Numbered from the whole stretch's first letter, positions 1 through 18,199 are shown. The stretch: DNA of 63,284 nucleotides, filler included, from Cercozoa sp. M6MM (GCA_040357565.1; 7 parts of 7 records of this genome joined end to end with filler, not necessarily neighbours in it); one strand, 5' to 3'. Numbers and translations are program-made. The notes: generated from the letters alone by a model not told the origin.

Positions 1-49
<49 letters not shown>

Positions 50-238
50 GTGTGTGTGTGTGTTGCACACAGTTTTGAGACGCAACGAGTAAAAACAAAC
101 CACAAGTAAAAATTAATTCTCAAACGAAAGTGCACGAATGCTCCTCAGAACTGGTTCTCGAGGGCGTGTGAAACGAAAGTTGGCAAGTAATTACATGAGG
201 GAAACGAACGTAACCGGAGGTGCTAGTAGCGATCGCGG

Positions 239-1550
239 CTAAAGCGTCGAACGCCCTCGCTGCCGGCGGCACAATTCCTGCGCTCGGCGCTCGCGCTCGC
301 TCTGCGCGGCGTGGTGCGCCGACACCTGCACAGCACAGAGACAGAGACAGATATCGAAGACACATCGAACGAGCAGAGTTAGGTACCGAGAAGTCGATGC
401 CGGCCATGTCGACAGGCGAGATAGCCGAGTATATGGCAGGGGCTGACTCAAGCACCTGCTCCTCCTCGACAGCAGGCGTCGCAATCACCGTCACCGAGCC
501 AGAGCCAGAGTTAGAGCCGGAGTTAGGGCCGGAGTTTAAGCCAGAGCCTTTGTTGTTGGGTACAATTTGTAGCGACGCCTATACAAACATTTGTACAGTA
601 CACCAATTCAGTAACTAGAGGGGGGGCGTACAGGTCGATCACGACGTGCGCGCTTCTTAGTTCTGCGGGGGAGGGGAGGGTCAAAGGTGTAAAGGGGGGT
701 AAGCAGTTGGAAGCTACGCATGCGACTCGAATTCGAGTTCGTCGTAGGCGCGCCGTTTCTCGCCCTCGCAGTCGTCGCTGCCGCTGACTCTACCGAGAAA
801 AAAAATGATCGCATGATCTCACACCGTCACTGACACCGTGCCTCCCAGTGAGCACGCAGATCGATCAGTCAGAAAAGGTACCGATCGCACAGGAAGTGTT
901 CAGCATGCTCGCGCACACTCCGCACGCAGCACGCCGCCGTCACTGCACATGGGAGGGAGGGTTAAAAGGGGAGGCTGGGTGGGTGGGTAGAGGACAAGCT
1001 ACGCGGCCGACTGACGGTGTTGTCAAAGTCGGTGTCGCAGCACGTGTCCAGCAGCGCCGAAACTACGGGATCACCCAGGCACTCCTCCGGCACATCGCCC
1101 AGGTCCACCGACGACGACACTGTACAGACGGGTTTTAGGAGGTAGATAGACAGACAGATAGATAATAGATAGATAGATAGAGAGATATATAGATAATAGA
1201 TAGATAGATAGAGATACATAGATAATAGATAGATAGAGATAGACAGACAGAGAGATGGATAGTCAGAGAGGTGGTAAATAAAGCTATGTATCTAGGTACC
1301 GAGATCACGATCGGGCGAGTCAAAGAAGGCACTCCAACGCAGGTCGAGATTGGCCAGTGTGACGGCACTCGAGAGTTTCGTGCGCGCGTCGTCGAGAATC
1401 CAGCGCGACATGAGTTCCTTCTTGACCTGCCGGTAGTACACCTTCTCCTCCATGGTGCCATGCGACACCAGACGAAAGATCGTCACCGGCTTGCGCTGGC
1501 CGTACCTGTAGACAAGGCGACAATCGTGCCCTTATGTACTCTTAACAGAG

Positions 1551-1624
<74 letters not shown>

Positions 1625-4600
1625 CGGTAGACACGGAGCGCGGCCTGCTGGTCGTGCGACGGGTTCCAGTTGACATCGAGAATCACAACGCGATTGGCGC
1701 CGCAGAGATTGATGCCCTCGCCGCACAGCGTCGAGATCAGAAACACGTGCGGCCCAAAAGCGTCGTCTACGCGACGGTGGTCGTGCACTGCCCATGCAAA
1801 CATCAGTCTTTTTAGTTTATGCTATCAACAAGTATGAAATATACTTGGCTCCCCCGATTAATTAAGGCAGTGCATGTATTTGGTTAAGGCTGCGAGTGCA
1901 TGTACCAGGTAGCGGCGTCGGCATGTCCAGTTCGGCCAGGTCGGCCATGATCTGCGCGTCTGTCTCGTCCGAGTCGCTGCCGCTCTCGCCTTCCGACAGA
2001 ACCGACGGTGTGCCTACCTCTGTAGTCAGACAGCCCGCCAGTCTCAAATGATCCCAGTCAGATGATCCCAGTCAGATGATCCCAGTCAGATGATCCCAGG
2101 TACCCAGCTGGCCGTTGAAGCGTCGGATGAGTTTCTCACGCTCTCGCAGCGGCGTGCGGCCGTCGAAGCGACACACCGTCACGCCTGATCGCACACACAC
2201 ACACACACACATCAGTCAAGTCAGTCAAGTCAGCCACGTGCTTGCGTGATCTGCCACGTGGCCCACTGAGAGACGGTTACCACTGCAGTGCCGATTGATC
2301 ACACTGGCCGCCACATCGAGAGTCGAGATCCAACGCGAGAACACCACGACGCGATCACCTATGTCACACACACCGAGACATAGACATGCATAGCTTCCGC
2401 GCGGATGCACAAAATACAACTACACAAACACAAGAGCCGTGTACCGACTTTGCGCGCCGCTTTCACGATCTCGCAAAGCACTTTCATTTTGTGTCCGAAA
2501 CGCGCCTGCTCCAACTGACGAGTCGACACTTTCTGCGGGGGTAAAAAGGGGGCGGGGGTAAAGAGGTGGGGGGGGGGGTAAAGCCGCAGTGCCATGTGCT
2601 GCAGTTCCGCGTCAAGCCAGTCGAGTCGGCGTTGCGCACCGTGCGCCAAGGCGTCGTCGTCCTGATCCTTCGTGTCACCAGTGTCACCGTCGCCAGTGGT
2701 ATCAGCACCAGTGGTATCACCGTCGCCAGTGGTATCACCGTCGCCAGTGGTATCGGTGGCACCGTCGGCGACCTGCGCGCGCAGCAGCGACTGCCGCAGC
2801 GCCAGCGGGTGCACGCACAGCATCGACGCCGTGTTGAACAGCTCGAACGTGCCCTGCGTGATGGCACTGCGAACCACACACACACATCACTCCCTTAAAT
2901 AGCTTTAATCAACACTCACTTAACTAAAACACTCCCCAAAATAACACCAGATAGAGCGGTGACACACCTGTCGCGCGACGGCACCTGGTTGCGCAGCAGC
3001 AGCGCGTCGTCCGTCTCCTTCCGACCGCCGCTGTCCTCGTCGCCTATCAGTGCCTGCAGAGAGAGAAAGAGAGGGGGGTACAGAGGAAGAGGCCTTTAGG
3101 GAGGGTGGGATGGAGGACACCTCAAGCTCCTCCTCGCGCACCTGCTGCGCCGTGCGCCGCATGCGCTGTCGCACACTCTGCGCCAGTCGCTCGTACAGAC
3201 TGTGTCAACAAGGGAGTTAATCTCACCCCCCCCCCCAGACAGTAGGTAGTAGGTAGGGTAGGTAGCAGGTAGGGCAGGTAGTAGGTAGGGTAGGTAGCAG
3301 GTGGTAGGGCAGGTAGTAGACAGTAGACACAAGGTACTGTTGCTGCAGCGGCGTCAGCGACACCGACACCACCAGTTCGCGTTTCGGTTGCCTGCTCCGA
3401 CAAGGGTAAATGGGGGTAAGAATGGGCGTGTGTGTGGGGGGGGGGGTAAACTTGTACAAGTGCTGCGCTAGCAGAGCTCCGGTACGACGACACAAAATGC
3501 CCTTTCGTCTACATCACGGGGGTATGGGAGGGATAAAGGAGGGTAAAGTGTATCGGTTACCGTAGTCGGTCGAACACAACAAAAGCACGTCGCCTTGCCT
3601 TGCCAATTGATGCCTAGATATTGTTTAAGGGTGCAAACTTGGGTTGTTTAAGGGTGTAAAGATGGGTTGTTTAAGGGTTAAAGATTGGTTTTTAAGGGTG
3701 TAAAGATGGGTTGTTTAAGGGCGTAAAGATGGGTTGTTTAAGGGTGTAAAGATGTGGTTTTAAGGGTATAGGATCAAGGGTTGTTTAAGACGGCAGAAAA
3801 GTACCGCGTCGCCCCTGCGGAACCACTTGAGGATGGGCTGCGCGAAGCGCTGATTGAAGGTGTTCTTGTCGCCCAGCAGCGACGTATCTGGCCGTGCGAA
3901 CGACACCTGTCCCGAGGGGTTAAACCAGATGGGATAGTAGGGGGAGGTAAAGGGCAGGTACCATGGCGTACAGCTCCATGAGGTTGTTCTGGAAGGGATA
4001 GCCACTCAGCAGCACTCGTCGCCGCGTCTGCATGCGCTGCAGTGCCCTGTCAACACACGTGCACGTGCTCACTCACTCACATGTGGTCACTCAGGGTGGT
4101 CACATGGCCACTCAGGGTGGTCAATCAGGGTGGTCACTCAAGAGAAACGCACTTGGCCACTTTGCTGCCATTTGGCGACTTGATGCGGTGTGCCTCGTCT
4201 ACGGGTCACAGGAATCTAGCGCCAACAAAGAGGTTTCTGGGGTCCAAGCTTACCCAAAATCAACGCATCCGCGCGGAGCAATGCCTGTGCTGTCGCGAGC
4301 AGTTTCTCCTTCTGCCAGGGGAGGGGGTAAGAGGGGATGGGGGGGGGGGTAAAAGCCCTACAATCTGCGGCATGTCGTCATCGTCGCCGCGGAGCGACAG
4401 CAGTCGGCGGAACAACTGGTAGCCAAGCATGACAATCCCGCCGCGTGTGGACCAACTGTTCCGATAGACACATAGCCTTAAACAAAAGCGGGTGCCAACA
4501 CAGCCTTAAGTAACCGAGATACCGTCGGATGGCGTCGATGCGCGTGCTGGGTTCGCCGTTGCCTTCGAGAACGATGGGGTGCGGCACCTGCCACGGCACG

Positions 4601-5565
4601 CGGTCGCATTCGCACCACTCGCGCAGCATGCTCAGTTCCTGCGTCGTGCACGGTACATATGGACACAACGTTAAAGGAGACACACAGGAACGGACTGTCA
4701 AGGAAGCCTACCGCAGTCCAGTGTGCGAGTACAGTGGCCGGTGCCAGAAGCACCACGCGTTTCGAACGGCCTCTCTGTTGGGAGGTAAGGGGTGAATAGG
4801 TAAGAAATAGGAGAGGTTGAAGAATAAAGGGCACGCACCTGGTTCAGGAAGGCAAGGAGTGCACACGAGGTTTGCACCGTCTTGCCTAGACCCATGCAGT
4901 CGCCTGAGATCAAGGGGTCAATGGGTTGAAGGGAACAAAGCAATCAAGAGGTTAAAGGCAAGAAGGAACAAAGAGGGCGACAAAGGCAGTCAAGAAACGC
5001 ACCCAGCAAACAGCCCGTGCCGTTGGACAGATTGCGCATGAGGAATTTAACTCCTGCAGTGTTGACACGCGTCACACATTAATTTCCACTGAGCGACTGA
5101 CACGATAATTGGCTGAGCAACTGTTGTAGGCTACCAGTCACTTGGTGATCGCGTAGCCGTCGTTTGATTGCATTGGGCACTCTTAAATCTCCCTGTGTGA
5201 CCACATCATTGGCATACCAGACTGGGCAATACCAGGAACGACCTACCTCGCGAAGTTCGCCCGCGACGTCGTCTTCCTCGCTCGGTTCGGGCACCTGCCG
5301 TCGGCGTTTGCTTGCCTGCAACCACACACACACACCCTCTCTCTCTCCCTATTTTAGACAGCCTCTTTATAGACTATGGGTCCACTTACAGGTGCATTGT
5401 TGCCTTTTAATACCTGACATACAGAACGCCATTGTTTATTGACCTGGCCATCAAAGATAGATCATGCAGGAAGCTTACGTCGGCAGGACGTGGTCGTATT
5501 CGGGTCAATTTAGTTAATAGGGGCGTTGCCCCACTGATATTGCAGTTTGCACTAAACACATTCAT
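239..5565 (-). CDS. SNF2-family helicase/ATPase, ATRX/ARIP4(RAD54L2)-like, about 20 exons
   Basis: Manually spliced motifs: [17 protein letters not shown] (motif I), [20 protein letters not shown] (motif II), [13 protein letters not shown] (motif III), [53 protein letters not shown]|[13 protein letters not shown] (motifs V-VI). The start codon and the terminal exons are approximate. Confidence 0.9.
2676..2762 (-). repeat. Coding minisatellite, about 18-nt unit (DTTGDG repeats), inside an SNF2 exon
   Basis: Plus strand repeats of ccagtggtatcaccgtcg; the translation reads [28 protein letters not shown]. Confidence 0.8.
3625..3790. repeat. Intronic minisatellite, about 23-nt unit gggttgtttaagggtgtaaagat
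   Basis: About 7 degenerate tandem copies inside an SNF2 intron. Confidence 0.85.
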
Positions 5566-6047
5566 CCTCGCGACACCAAAACAAAACCAAAAAACGGGTC
5601 AATCTTTACTTGTCTGATCGTGCCGTGTACATGGTTTCCTGAGTCTGCGCATGTAGGATTGGGCGCTATCAGTGCGCTACGGCGCAGTTAGGCCTTGACA
5701 GACCGTGTTGCCGAAATCTGAGCCGATAGCCGGTCTATTTTTAGGTCCATAACTGACTCGATAGTCTCAAAACGGGACGGGTCGTTTGAACGGTGACTTC
5801 CGAGTTCGAAAAGATCATTTGGAGCAAACTTCCGTTTGCCACAGTCTGTGCGGCCCTGTGCGCCGGTGCTACCAGCCTGCGGCTTACGATAGTGTGAGCA
5901 CGGTGCGGGCGGCTGAGCCTTCCACAGCGGTTGCTTGGGTTTGTTGACAAACAACATCAACCCGTTTATGCCTATTACTTTACAACCGTCTTGGATAGTT
6001 TTCGTCAAGACAGCGCTTTTTCGCGTGTAAGCAGCCTCCCAGGCAAG

Positions 6048-8800
6048 ATGGAAATGCCGTGGCTCACCCCAGAACGGCAAAAGCGCCGCCGACACGAAAG
6101 GGAGCCGTTTTCCGCCCCGCCCGTGATCACGGTCCCTCTCACTTTTCGAGCCAGTTTTCGATGTTGGATGTTTGTCTCTTTGTTGCAGGAGCTGTCCTTC
6201 GTATCCGACGACGACGAAGATACCGAAGAGCGCCATTCGCCTGCACAGCCGTACGTTGCCCGTGTCTGTTTGTCTTGTGTGTGAAGTACTCTCATGGCTT
6301 GATGCTCGCAGAAGCTTTGCGCGCTTGCGCGACGCTCGTCGCAAACGCAGGCGTCAGACATCTTGTAGCTTTTCTTTCTGTGTGCTTGGAAGGATCTGGT
6401 TTTTCTTGGTCTTATCGTTTGGGCTCTTTCGTGGGTCTTTCGGAAGGGAGTTCGTCTTTGCCGCCACTGGCACTGGAGAGTCTCTCGGCGTTGCACGCAG
6501 CTTCGGCGCACAGTCCACGCAGTGCGACCACCACACTGAACACAAGCAGCACAAGCTCGCTCGGTTCGGCCGGTCTCTTCGACACCAGTGCCATCCAGTT
6601 GAACACGAGCATGCTGGGCCGCTCACCGCCCAGTGTGGTGCCGCCCAGTGTGCCCAAGAAGCGTTCAAAGTATTCGAACGAAGCGTGCGCACTCTGGGCT
6701 GTCGATGCCGCGTGGGCCAAGTTGCGACTTGACGATTTCGAAACTCATGGTAACACTACTTTCGGTTGTTGCTTTCTTGTTTTGTTTTGGATTACTTTTA
6801 TTCTTAATGAACCCACAGAGGAGAGCGACGAGCGCGACAATGATTTGTACGCTTTCGTCACCATCGTTGCCCTTCTGTATGTTGATTTGGTGTTGTCTTG
6901 GGATGTTGTCTTGTGAACACAGACTCGCACTTCGACAACTCGGTACAGGCAAGGACTTTGTGGCGCACGTTGTGTGCTTGAAGGACGAAACCTGCGCTCC
7001 TTGGTAGTTTCTCCTTCTCTACTGTGCCCTCTTTTGCCTTGACTTTCCTCGCTTGAAGCAGGACCCTAAAACCGCGGTCAGGACGAACACTGCGCAGTTC
7101 GGCGAGTGTTGGGACTGAACTGTCGAGGCACGCCGTCCAAAGAAGACAAAAAAGCTATGACGAGTTGCTCACTCTTGAGGGTACGTACTACCTCTATCTG
7201 GCATGAGTCAGTGCCAGGGAAAGCTCCGTGTGTTACTCGGCAGACATGGCACGCAAGGCCGGCACGCAGCAGCCAGTGAGCCCAATACAGCGACAGGCCT
7301 ATGTGCGGTACTGTTCGTACTGTGCTTTTGTACTGTCCATATGAACTGTCCGTCTGTATAGTAACATGTGTCGACGGAGTCGTGGCGATACGCGCGTTCG
7401 ATTTGTATTGAAGATCGGTCGACATGTATCATCTCGCTTTTTTTAAAATAGTGGTTGATACTTTTTTGATGTGTGCAGGCGTGCTCGGAGATGGAGGCCA
7501 AGAAAGCGTACAAACAGTGCAAAGCCGTGTGGGAGGTATCATTCCTCGAGCCTTCATATCCACCTCTTTATCTTGTTAACTGTAGATGGGGACACACCCA
7601 CATATCGTCAAGATCTACTGCATGTGGCAAGAGAACGGCCGCTTGCACATGTTGACCGAGCTGTGCGAACACGGCACGCTCGCGCAGTTTGTTGGTGCCC
7701 TATCTCCTATCCCACCTTGACCCTTTACCTCCTTCCCCTCTTGTAGAGGCACGTTTCTTCAAGAACTCGCGATGGAGCTTGCGTTGGCTTGAACGACGGC
7801 GACTGCAGGAGGACACAGTGTGGCGCTTCATCCGAGACGCTGCTTCAGCACTGTCGCGTTTGCACGACCGCGGTTTACTGGTAGATTTTCTTGTACAGTT
7901 TGCACACAGTCTGATAGCGTATGTGCACAGCACGGCGATGTCAAGACGCACAATATTCTCGTGGCATCTCAAGGAATCGATAACGTACTTATACTCTTCT
8001 TTTTCCACTAGCACCCTTTATCCCTCCTTTGTCTTCCTAGTACATTCTCAAATTCGCGGATTTCGGACAGTGCGTGCGTACGCTGAACTCTCTAGCGTGT
8101 TAACGTGTCTGAGTTACCTCTCGAATCACAGGACTATCGGAGGTGCAGCTTGCTCCCTGTCGATTCGACGAGGGCGACGTGCGATTCTTGGCACCTGAAG
8201 TGCTGCAGCACCGCGTGTCTACAAAGGTATCGTCCTTTGGCAAACCTGTCTCTGTTTCTGCCCTCGATCCTTGTTGCTGCCTCAGGTGGACATCTTTGCC
8301 CTTGGGATGACGATTTACGCCCTAATTCACAACACGCAACTGCCTGTGCGGGGCGAAGGGTATCAATCGTATTAGGGATCAGCGATTGCAGGATCTATCT
8401 GTAAATAAACACGTATATGTACATATAACTTTTATTATATACATATATATGTATATATATATATATTAGATGGCATGCACTGCGAACCTCGACGATGCGT
8501 CTGCCGCAGCAAGCGCCGGCATTGCAGGGTGGACGCGGCAGTGAAGACCTGCAGCAGCTTCTTTGGTACCTTACCCTTCCCCAACCCAAGTATACCTATG
8601 CGACCTTCCCGTGCCTGTGTAGTCGTATGATCGCTGCGTGTCCGGAGGACCGACCATCGGCACTCGAGCTACTGCAGCACCCGCGCATTCTCGTAACTCT
8701 GGTTCAACCTTGCATTCCCGCGGTGCATTATCCATGTGCAGGCACTGAAAAAGAAGCCGCGCCGTGGACGTTCGTCGTCGACTCCGACACCACGCAAATG
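6048..8800 (+). CDS. Wee1/Myt1-family protein kinase, multi-exon
   Basis: Spliced motifs: HPHIVKIY..WQENGRLHMLTELC, HGDVKTHNIL, KFADFG, DEGDVRFLAPEVL (the EGD motif is typical of the Wee family), [37 protein letters not shown]. The N-terminus is Ser/Pro-rich (MEMPWLTPERQKR...). The 3' end is uncertain (8800, or up to about 9043). Confidence 0.88.
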
Positions 8801-9659
8801 AACAGCACAGACACCAACGACCAGAACAGTAAACCCACCGACCGATTGTATCATACACCAGCAGCACAAACAGCAGTGACAATAACATCTGTGCCAAAAC
8901 AACAAAAGCACGAAGCAATCCGACTAACGACTCCACGCAATGACAATGACGCATGTTCTTTTGGTCACACAGTCGAAACAACAGTCGCGCATGTGTCCGA
9001 CTGGGAGACACACGCAACGCACATCGTCGGCCAAACGAACTGAAACGTCAAGTCTTTCGCGTATCCCATCCACGCCCATCCGATCGGTTTTCGATGACAA
9101 AAACGGAACGGAAGCCGTACTTTATTTATTTGTATGTTGATTGAGAGATTGTCAATTTCAGTGAAGACAACGACCCAAGTAGGGCCGTCGTTACAGTTGA
9201 GAGTGTTGAGGGGCTTGTTCGATGATGAACAAAAGAAAAAACCCTCTTGCCTGCTCAAGCTAGAGCAAGTCAGTTGCTTTGGTGTCAACAAGCACAGTAT
9301 CCCTGAGGTACCTGGTATCGGAAAGAGGGCCTTTATTCAATTCTTGCAGCAGTTTCAGGCTGCTCGCCACTCTACCAAACACAGGGTATGCCAAGCTAGG
9401 CAGCACTCAATTGTTAGGTTACCAGCTCTCAGCCTTAGCAAAACACTTCAATTCTTATTTTGCATGACTGATAGTTGCTTCCACGCGGAGCAAGTAGTCA
9501 GCCGAGTAGGTTGTTTGATGTTGACTGTAACATGTATCGTATTTTTCGATTCAGCACGCGCACGTGCGATCTGTACATTAGTAGTGCTAGGTTAGCTCAG
9601 ATGCATTCCGATAGTATGCACCGTCCCTACAATCAATAAATCTCTGCCTCGCTAGTGTC

Positions 9660-11374
9660 TTAAGTCGAGTCTTCCGAACCGCTGCAGCCAAAGTGCTCGT
9701 CAAAGTAGGATAGTGTTTTCCGCAGGCCCTCCTCCAACGCCACAGTCTATCAAAACACACACCGAAGAGCCTGCATTGCAAAAAACTGTACAAGAAAGAG
9801 AGTTGAGCGATTACAGGTGTCCAGTCGAGCAGTTCCGTAGCACGCGAAATGTCGGGGCACCTGCGTTTCGGGTCATCGCTTGGCAGCTCCATGAACTCTA
9901 CTTCCGACAACGTTTCTACAGACAGGCAGACACAATCAATACACAGACAAGTACACAGTAGAATACCTTGACCAGTGACATCGACGCACGCGTTTCGCAC
10001 AGCGTCCACGAGTTGGTTGATTGTGATTTCGTGTGGGTTGCCTGTCCAAGACGTGGGTAGGAACATTGTTGAAATGTCGAAAGCTGTGTCTACCAATGTT
10101 GACAGGTGCGTGCACATTCGGTTCCTCAGCCTCCATCAGTGCGATTAGCGCATCCACCGTATCGCTGACGTAACAGAACGACCGCGTTTGCGTGCCGTCT
10201 CTGTGTGGTGTGGGTACAGTACAGTGAGCACGCATGGCAGGAGGCAAAAAGGTACCCATAGACGGTGAGTGGTTCGTGTTGCAGCGCCTGCACGCAGAAG
10301 TTGCTGATGACACGGCCATCAAACCGCTGCATTCGTGGACCATATGTCTGCGCATGCGGGTATAAGATGGTATCGACACAGTACAGAGGCATGGATACAT
10401 TAAAGAGACGAGCGATGCGTGTGTCAACGCCATGACAACGGTGGTATGACATCACAAGCGACTCAGCCACTCTGTGCGCACGTCGTTTCATGTAAGCAGC
10501 AAAGGCAATCGAAAACTGTTGCTGCCTCAGGTGTACATCTTTGCCCTTGGGATGACGATTTACCGTTTGCCTTCGTCGTAGCAAGCACGTACGCCGTTGA
10601 CGTTCACATTCCCACGGTACTGTACATCACTCGCATCAGTCAGATACACGTGTCAAACAGTGGGACAGAGTACCGATTCGTGCTGCGGAGACTGCTCAGG
10701 GTCTACGACACAATCGAAAGTCCCACGAGATCGTGTTTGAGTCACAAAGAATAAACAAAGTGCACCTCCATACACCTCAGACGTCGATGTGAACAGAAAC
10801 CGAGCGTCTGTGCAACGAGCCATACCGAGCATGTTTAGGGTGCCCAAGAAATTTGTCTTGAGTGTCTTGATTTCGTTGTGTTGATAAAAAACTGGCGACG
10901 CAGGCGATGCCAAGTGGTAGATCTGCTCCAGCCCAGCAGTACAAAACTAGCTTTGTTAGAGTGATACTGTACCCGGTCCACGTTGATTCCATGCAGCGGC
11001 TGCGCGACATCATGGCGCACAAACTCGAATCTCTCATGTCGTAGCCACCTACGTTTTACGTTATCTTAAAACACAAGTTCCCGCAGGGCCCCGGGTACCT
11101 GCGCAGGTTGCTCTTGCAACCCGAGTAGAGTGAATCGACGACAATCACTTCGCACCCTAAAAACAGCGTTTGTAAGGGAAAGCAAGAGCACTGAAAGAAG
11201 AAAAATTCACCCATCTCCATTAGCCGGTCAACGAGGTGTGAGCCTACGAACCCGGCGCCTCCTGTCACCCTGCGTGCAAAAAGAAACATCGAGGAAGAAA
11301 AAGCAAAAAGGAAAAATTAGTGATTTATACAGGACCCTTTGGCGCTCTCTTTCAAGCTTGTTCCGCATCATCAT
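9660..11374 (-). CDS. UXS1: UDP-glucuronic acid decarboxylase (UDP-xylose synthase), multi-exon
   Basis: [75 protein letters not shown]...[37 protein letters not shown]. Confidence 0.95.
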
Positions 11375-11574
11375 TAGCAATACTACACTAGCTGCTTAAA
11401 CCTTGCCTCTGTTTCTCTAATTGCGCGACGAACATCGGGGCGATCAGTCGGCTTATGATGTGGCACAGGAGATCGGAAAGAAGAACGCCCGGACAACAAC
11501 TTTTATCAATAATAAAGACCGAAATCTTGTGATTTTAGGTGCCTTGACAAGTGCTGCTGCGTGTGACTACTCAT

Positions 11575-15823
<4,249 letters not shown>

Positions 15824-16387
15824 CGTTACGTTTAGTTAGTTGAGCCTAAGAGATACGAAACCTGCTGAATTACAGCCAGACTTGGGTGGGTCACAAGAGC
15901 ACGGTCATCATATACTATGCCACGCCCGCCCGGTTCGGGTACGGTACGTACTGCGCCCGCTGCAGCACATCTCTTTCAGTCTGTCGCAGCGTCATAGCAA
16001 AATGCCAGGCGCTGTTCACACGCGAAACTAGCTCGGGTGCCGAATGCGAAATACGGCATGCACAATAGCAACCACGTCTTAGATTGGTGCAGACTCGCGG
16101 ACGTGTCCCCTTTGGGTATTGCTTTCTTGTCTCACTGCGTCGGTGTTGCAGATGCTGACGTGATTGACATGATGCGGCACGATATATTAAACTCATGCTG
16201 GTACGGTACAGTGCTGGGTTAGCATTCATTATGACGGACAGTACAACCGAAACACTGCGCTGGCAGCTGATTGTAAAACTTGAAAGTTAAAAGTCGTGTT
16301 GAAAAAGCACGGCAAAGGTGGTGTAAAAATACACCGGGGGGAAGGGGCGCGGCATGCCACAGCCGGCAGTGTCACCTTTTGTCGCAG

Positions 16388-17068
16388 TCAGCGACGACGG
16401 CGGAAGTGAGGAGGCGAGCCGCAGCGCGCTTCGAGTGCGCAAGGCTGCGCACTGCTGCAGCGCACGGCGATGGCGTGCTGCAGCCGGAGTTCCAGCAAGT
16501 GGCGGAACAGCTCGCGCGCACGGCGGGCGACGCGCAGCACTCGCGCCTCACGCTCGAGCTCGAGTGCCTCCAGACGCTCGCGCTCGAGTCGTTCCTGCCG
16601 CTCTCGAACGGCGGCAGCAGCTTCGACGGCGAGTTCGCGCAGTTGCAGGCGCTGCTGCTGCTGCCGGCGCTTCCAGCAGACGCGGAAAGACGCGCCTCGC
16701 TCCTGCTGGCGCTGCAGCTGCAGACGCCAGCACTCGCGAGCGGCCGCGTCGCTGTTCAGCAGCAGCAGCAGGTGCTTCTCATGCTCACACGACGGCCCAG
16801 GGCCTACAGGGGTCGGCGCCGTCTCGTTGTCACGGGGTGCACGCAGGCACCCGAAGAGGTTGCGCAGGAAAGTCTGCGCGCACACTCGTGAATGCACTGA
16901 CTGTATAAAGACAAAAACAAAAGACAGAAAACGACGGGCCAAAAACAAAAAACAAAACGACAAAACGACAAAGAGAAGCGGACTGCCCAGAAACCACTCC
17001 CACAGTGCATCGACGCACCAAACAACAGTGTTGCACAGTGAAATGCAGGCACACAGAAAACTCACCAT
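16388..17068 (-). CDS. Hypothetical protein with an R/E/L-rich coiled-coil region
   Basis: GC3-rich open frame (LQLRELAVEAAAAVRERQERLERERLEALELEREAR); the 5' exons are unresolved. Confidence 0.5.
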   Translation of the reverse strand: MVSFLCACISLCNTVVWCVDALWEWFLGSPLLFVVLSFCFLFLARRFLSFVFVFIQSVHSRVCAQTFLRNLFGCLRAPRDNETAPTPVGPGPSCEHEKHLLLLLNSDAAARECWRLQLQRQQERGASFRVCWKRRQQQQRLQLRELAVEAAAAVRERQERLERERLEALELEREARVLRVARRARELFRHLLELRLQHAIAVRCSSAQPCALEARCGSPPHFRRRR

Positions 17069-17882
17069 TTCACAAAGCGCAAAAAAGAGTTCTTATAGTA
17101 CACAGTGCACTCTGGCGTTCGGTAATTTCTCGTATCACAAGTCTCAAACTCACACAATGCGTGGTGAAAGAAAGGGCCAATTTTTTGTACAAATCGCGTG
17201 CCGAGCACTCACTCACATGGCTACACCGGAATCCATTCGACCTTCCAAGGTGTGCCAGAGTGTCACTGCACTCGCCCCATCACCCACTTGAAACGCCCAG
17301 AAGCCGCGCCCAGAGCAAGAACGTGCTTAGATTAGATGTGGGACGTGTGCAGCGGGGTCTCAAAACTGCACAAAAGCCGTTGCACACCTCCCGACGTGCT
17401 CTCGAGCTGCAACAAAAATCAAGTTTGCAAACAAAATCCAAGTCACTCGGTGCGCGTTTCTCCACCCACAACGCCGGTGACTAGTGACACTTTTGTGGGC
17501 AGTCCTGAACCCCACTAGTATTTCCTGCCTAATAGACGTGCCTAAACCTCTAATTGCGCTCAGCGAGATCGGGAACACCGGAACAGGAGGACTGCACCCA
17601 ACTGAACAACTTGCAGTACACACGAGCTATAACTTTGTTTGCTGCTGTGTGCGGCTGTGTGCTAGTTGTCAGTTGTTAGCAGCGCTACTGGTACAGGCAT
17701 CCAGAACAGGCGATACTGGTACAGACACCTGGCCTCGTGCGACAGTACCACCGTTGGGTGAGGACTACCGTACACTTTACGCTGGTTTGACTTGCTGAAT
17801 TGGTTTTCTCTCAGACTCAACTAACTACCTGACCTATGTTACTGCACATTTTCAGTAATCATTGCTCTGACCCGTCCGCGTG

Positions 17883-17982
17883 NNNNNNNNNNNNNNNNNN
17901 NNNNNNNNNNNNNNNNNNNNNNNNNNTTAATTAATTAANNNNNNNNNNNNNNNNNNNNNNNNNNNNNNNNNNNNNNNNNNNN
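17883..17982. other. Artificial contig-joining linker N-TTAATTAATTAA-N (also at 22936-23035, 45533-45632, 48121-48220, 58662-58761, 61427-61526)
   Basis: Identical 100-nt layout six times, with stop codons in all six frames. Confidence 0.97.
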
Positions 17983-18199
17983 GGGTTAAGCAGGGGGAAA
18001 CAGCGAGGGGGTAAACGGGGGGGGGGGGGCGGGGTCCAGAGTAACCTAATCTCCGAGACCGAACATTTAGTCTACAGGACGNNNNNNNNNNNNNNNNNNN
18101 NNNNNNNNNNNNNNNNNNNNNNNNNNNNNNNNNNNNNNNNNNNNNNNNNNNNNNNNNNNNNNNNNNNNNNNNNNNNNNNNNATGGGGGGTAAAATGGGG

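Noticed and set aside
3625-3790. Regular ~23-nt repeats suggesting a CRISPR or telomeric array
   Set aside because: There are no unique spacers and no constant telomeric unit; it is an intronic minisatellite.
9134-9595. 153-aa intronless ORF between the kinase and UXS
   Set aside because: Non-ATG start, no recognisable motif and atypical codon usage; it may be UTR or a decayed insert.
17927-17938. Recurrent palindromic TTAATTAATTAA within N runs
   Set aside because: This is an artificial six-frame-stop contig linker, not biology.
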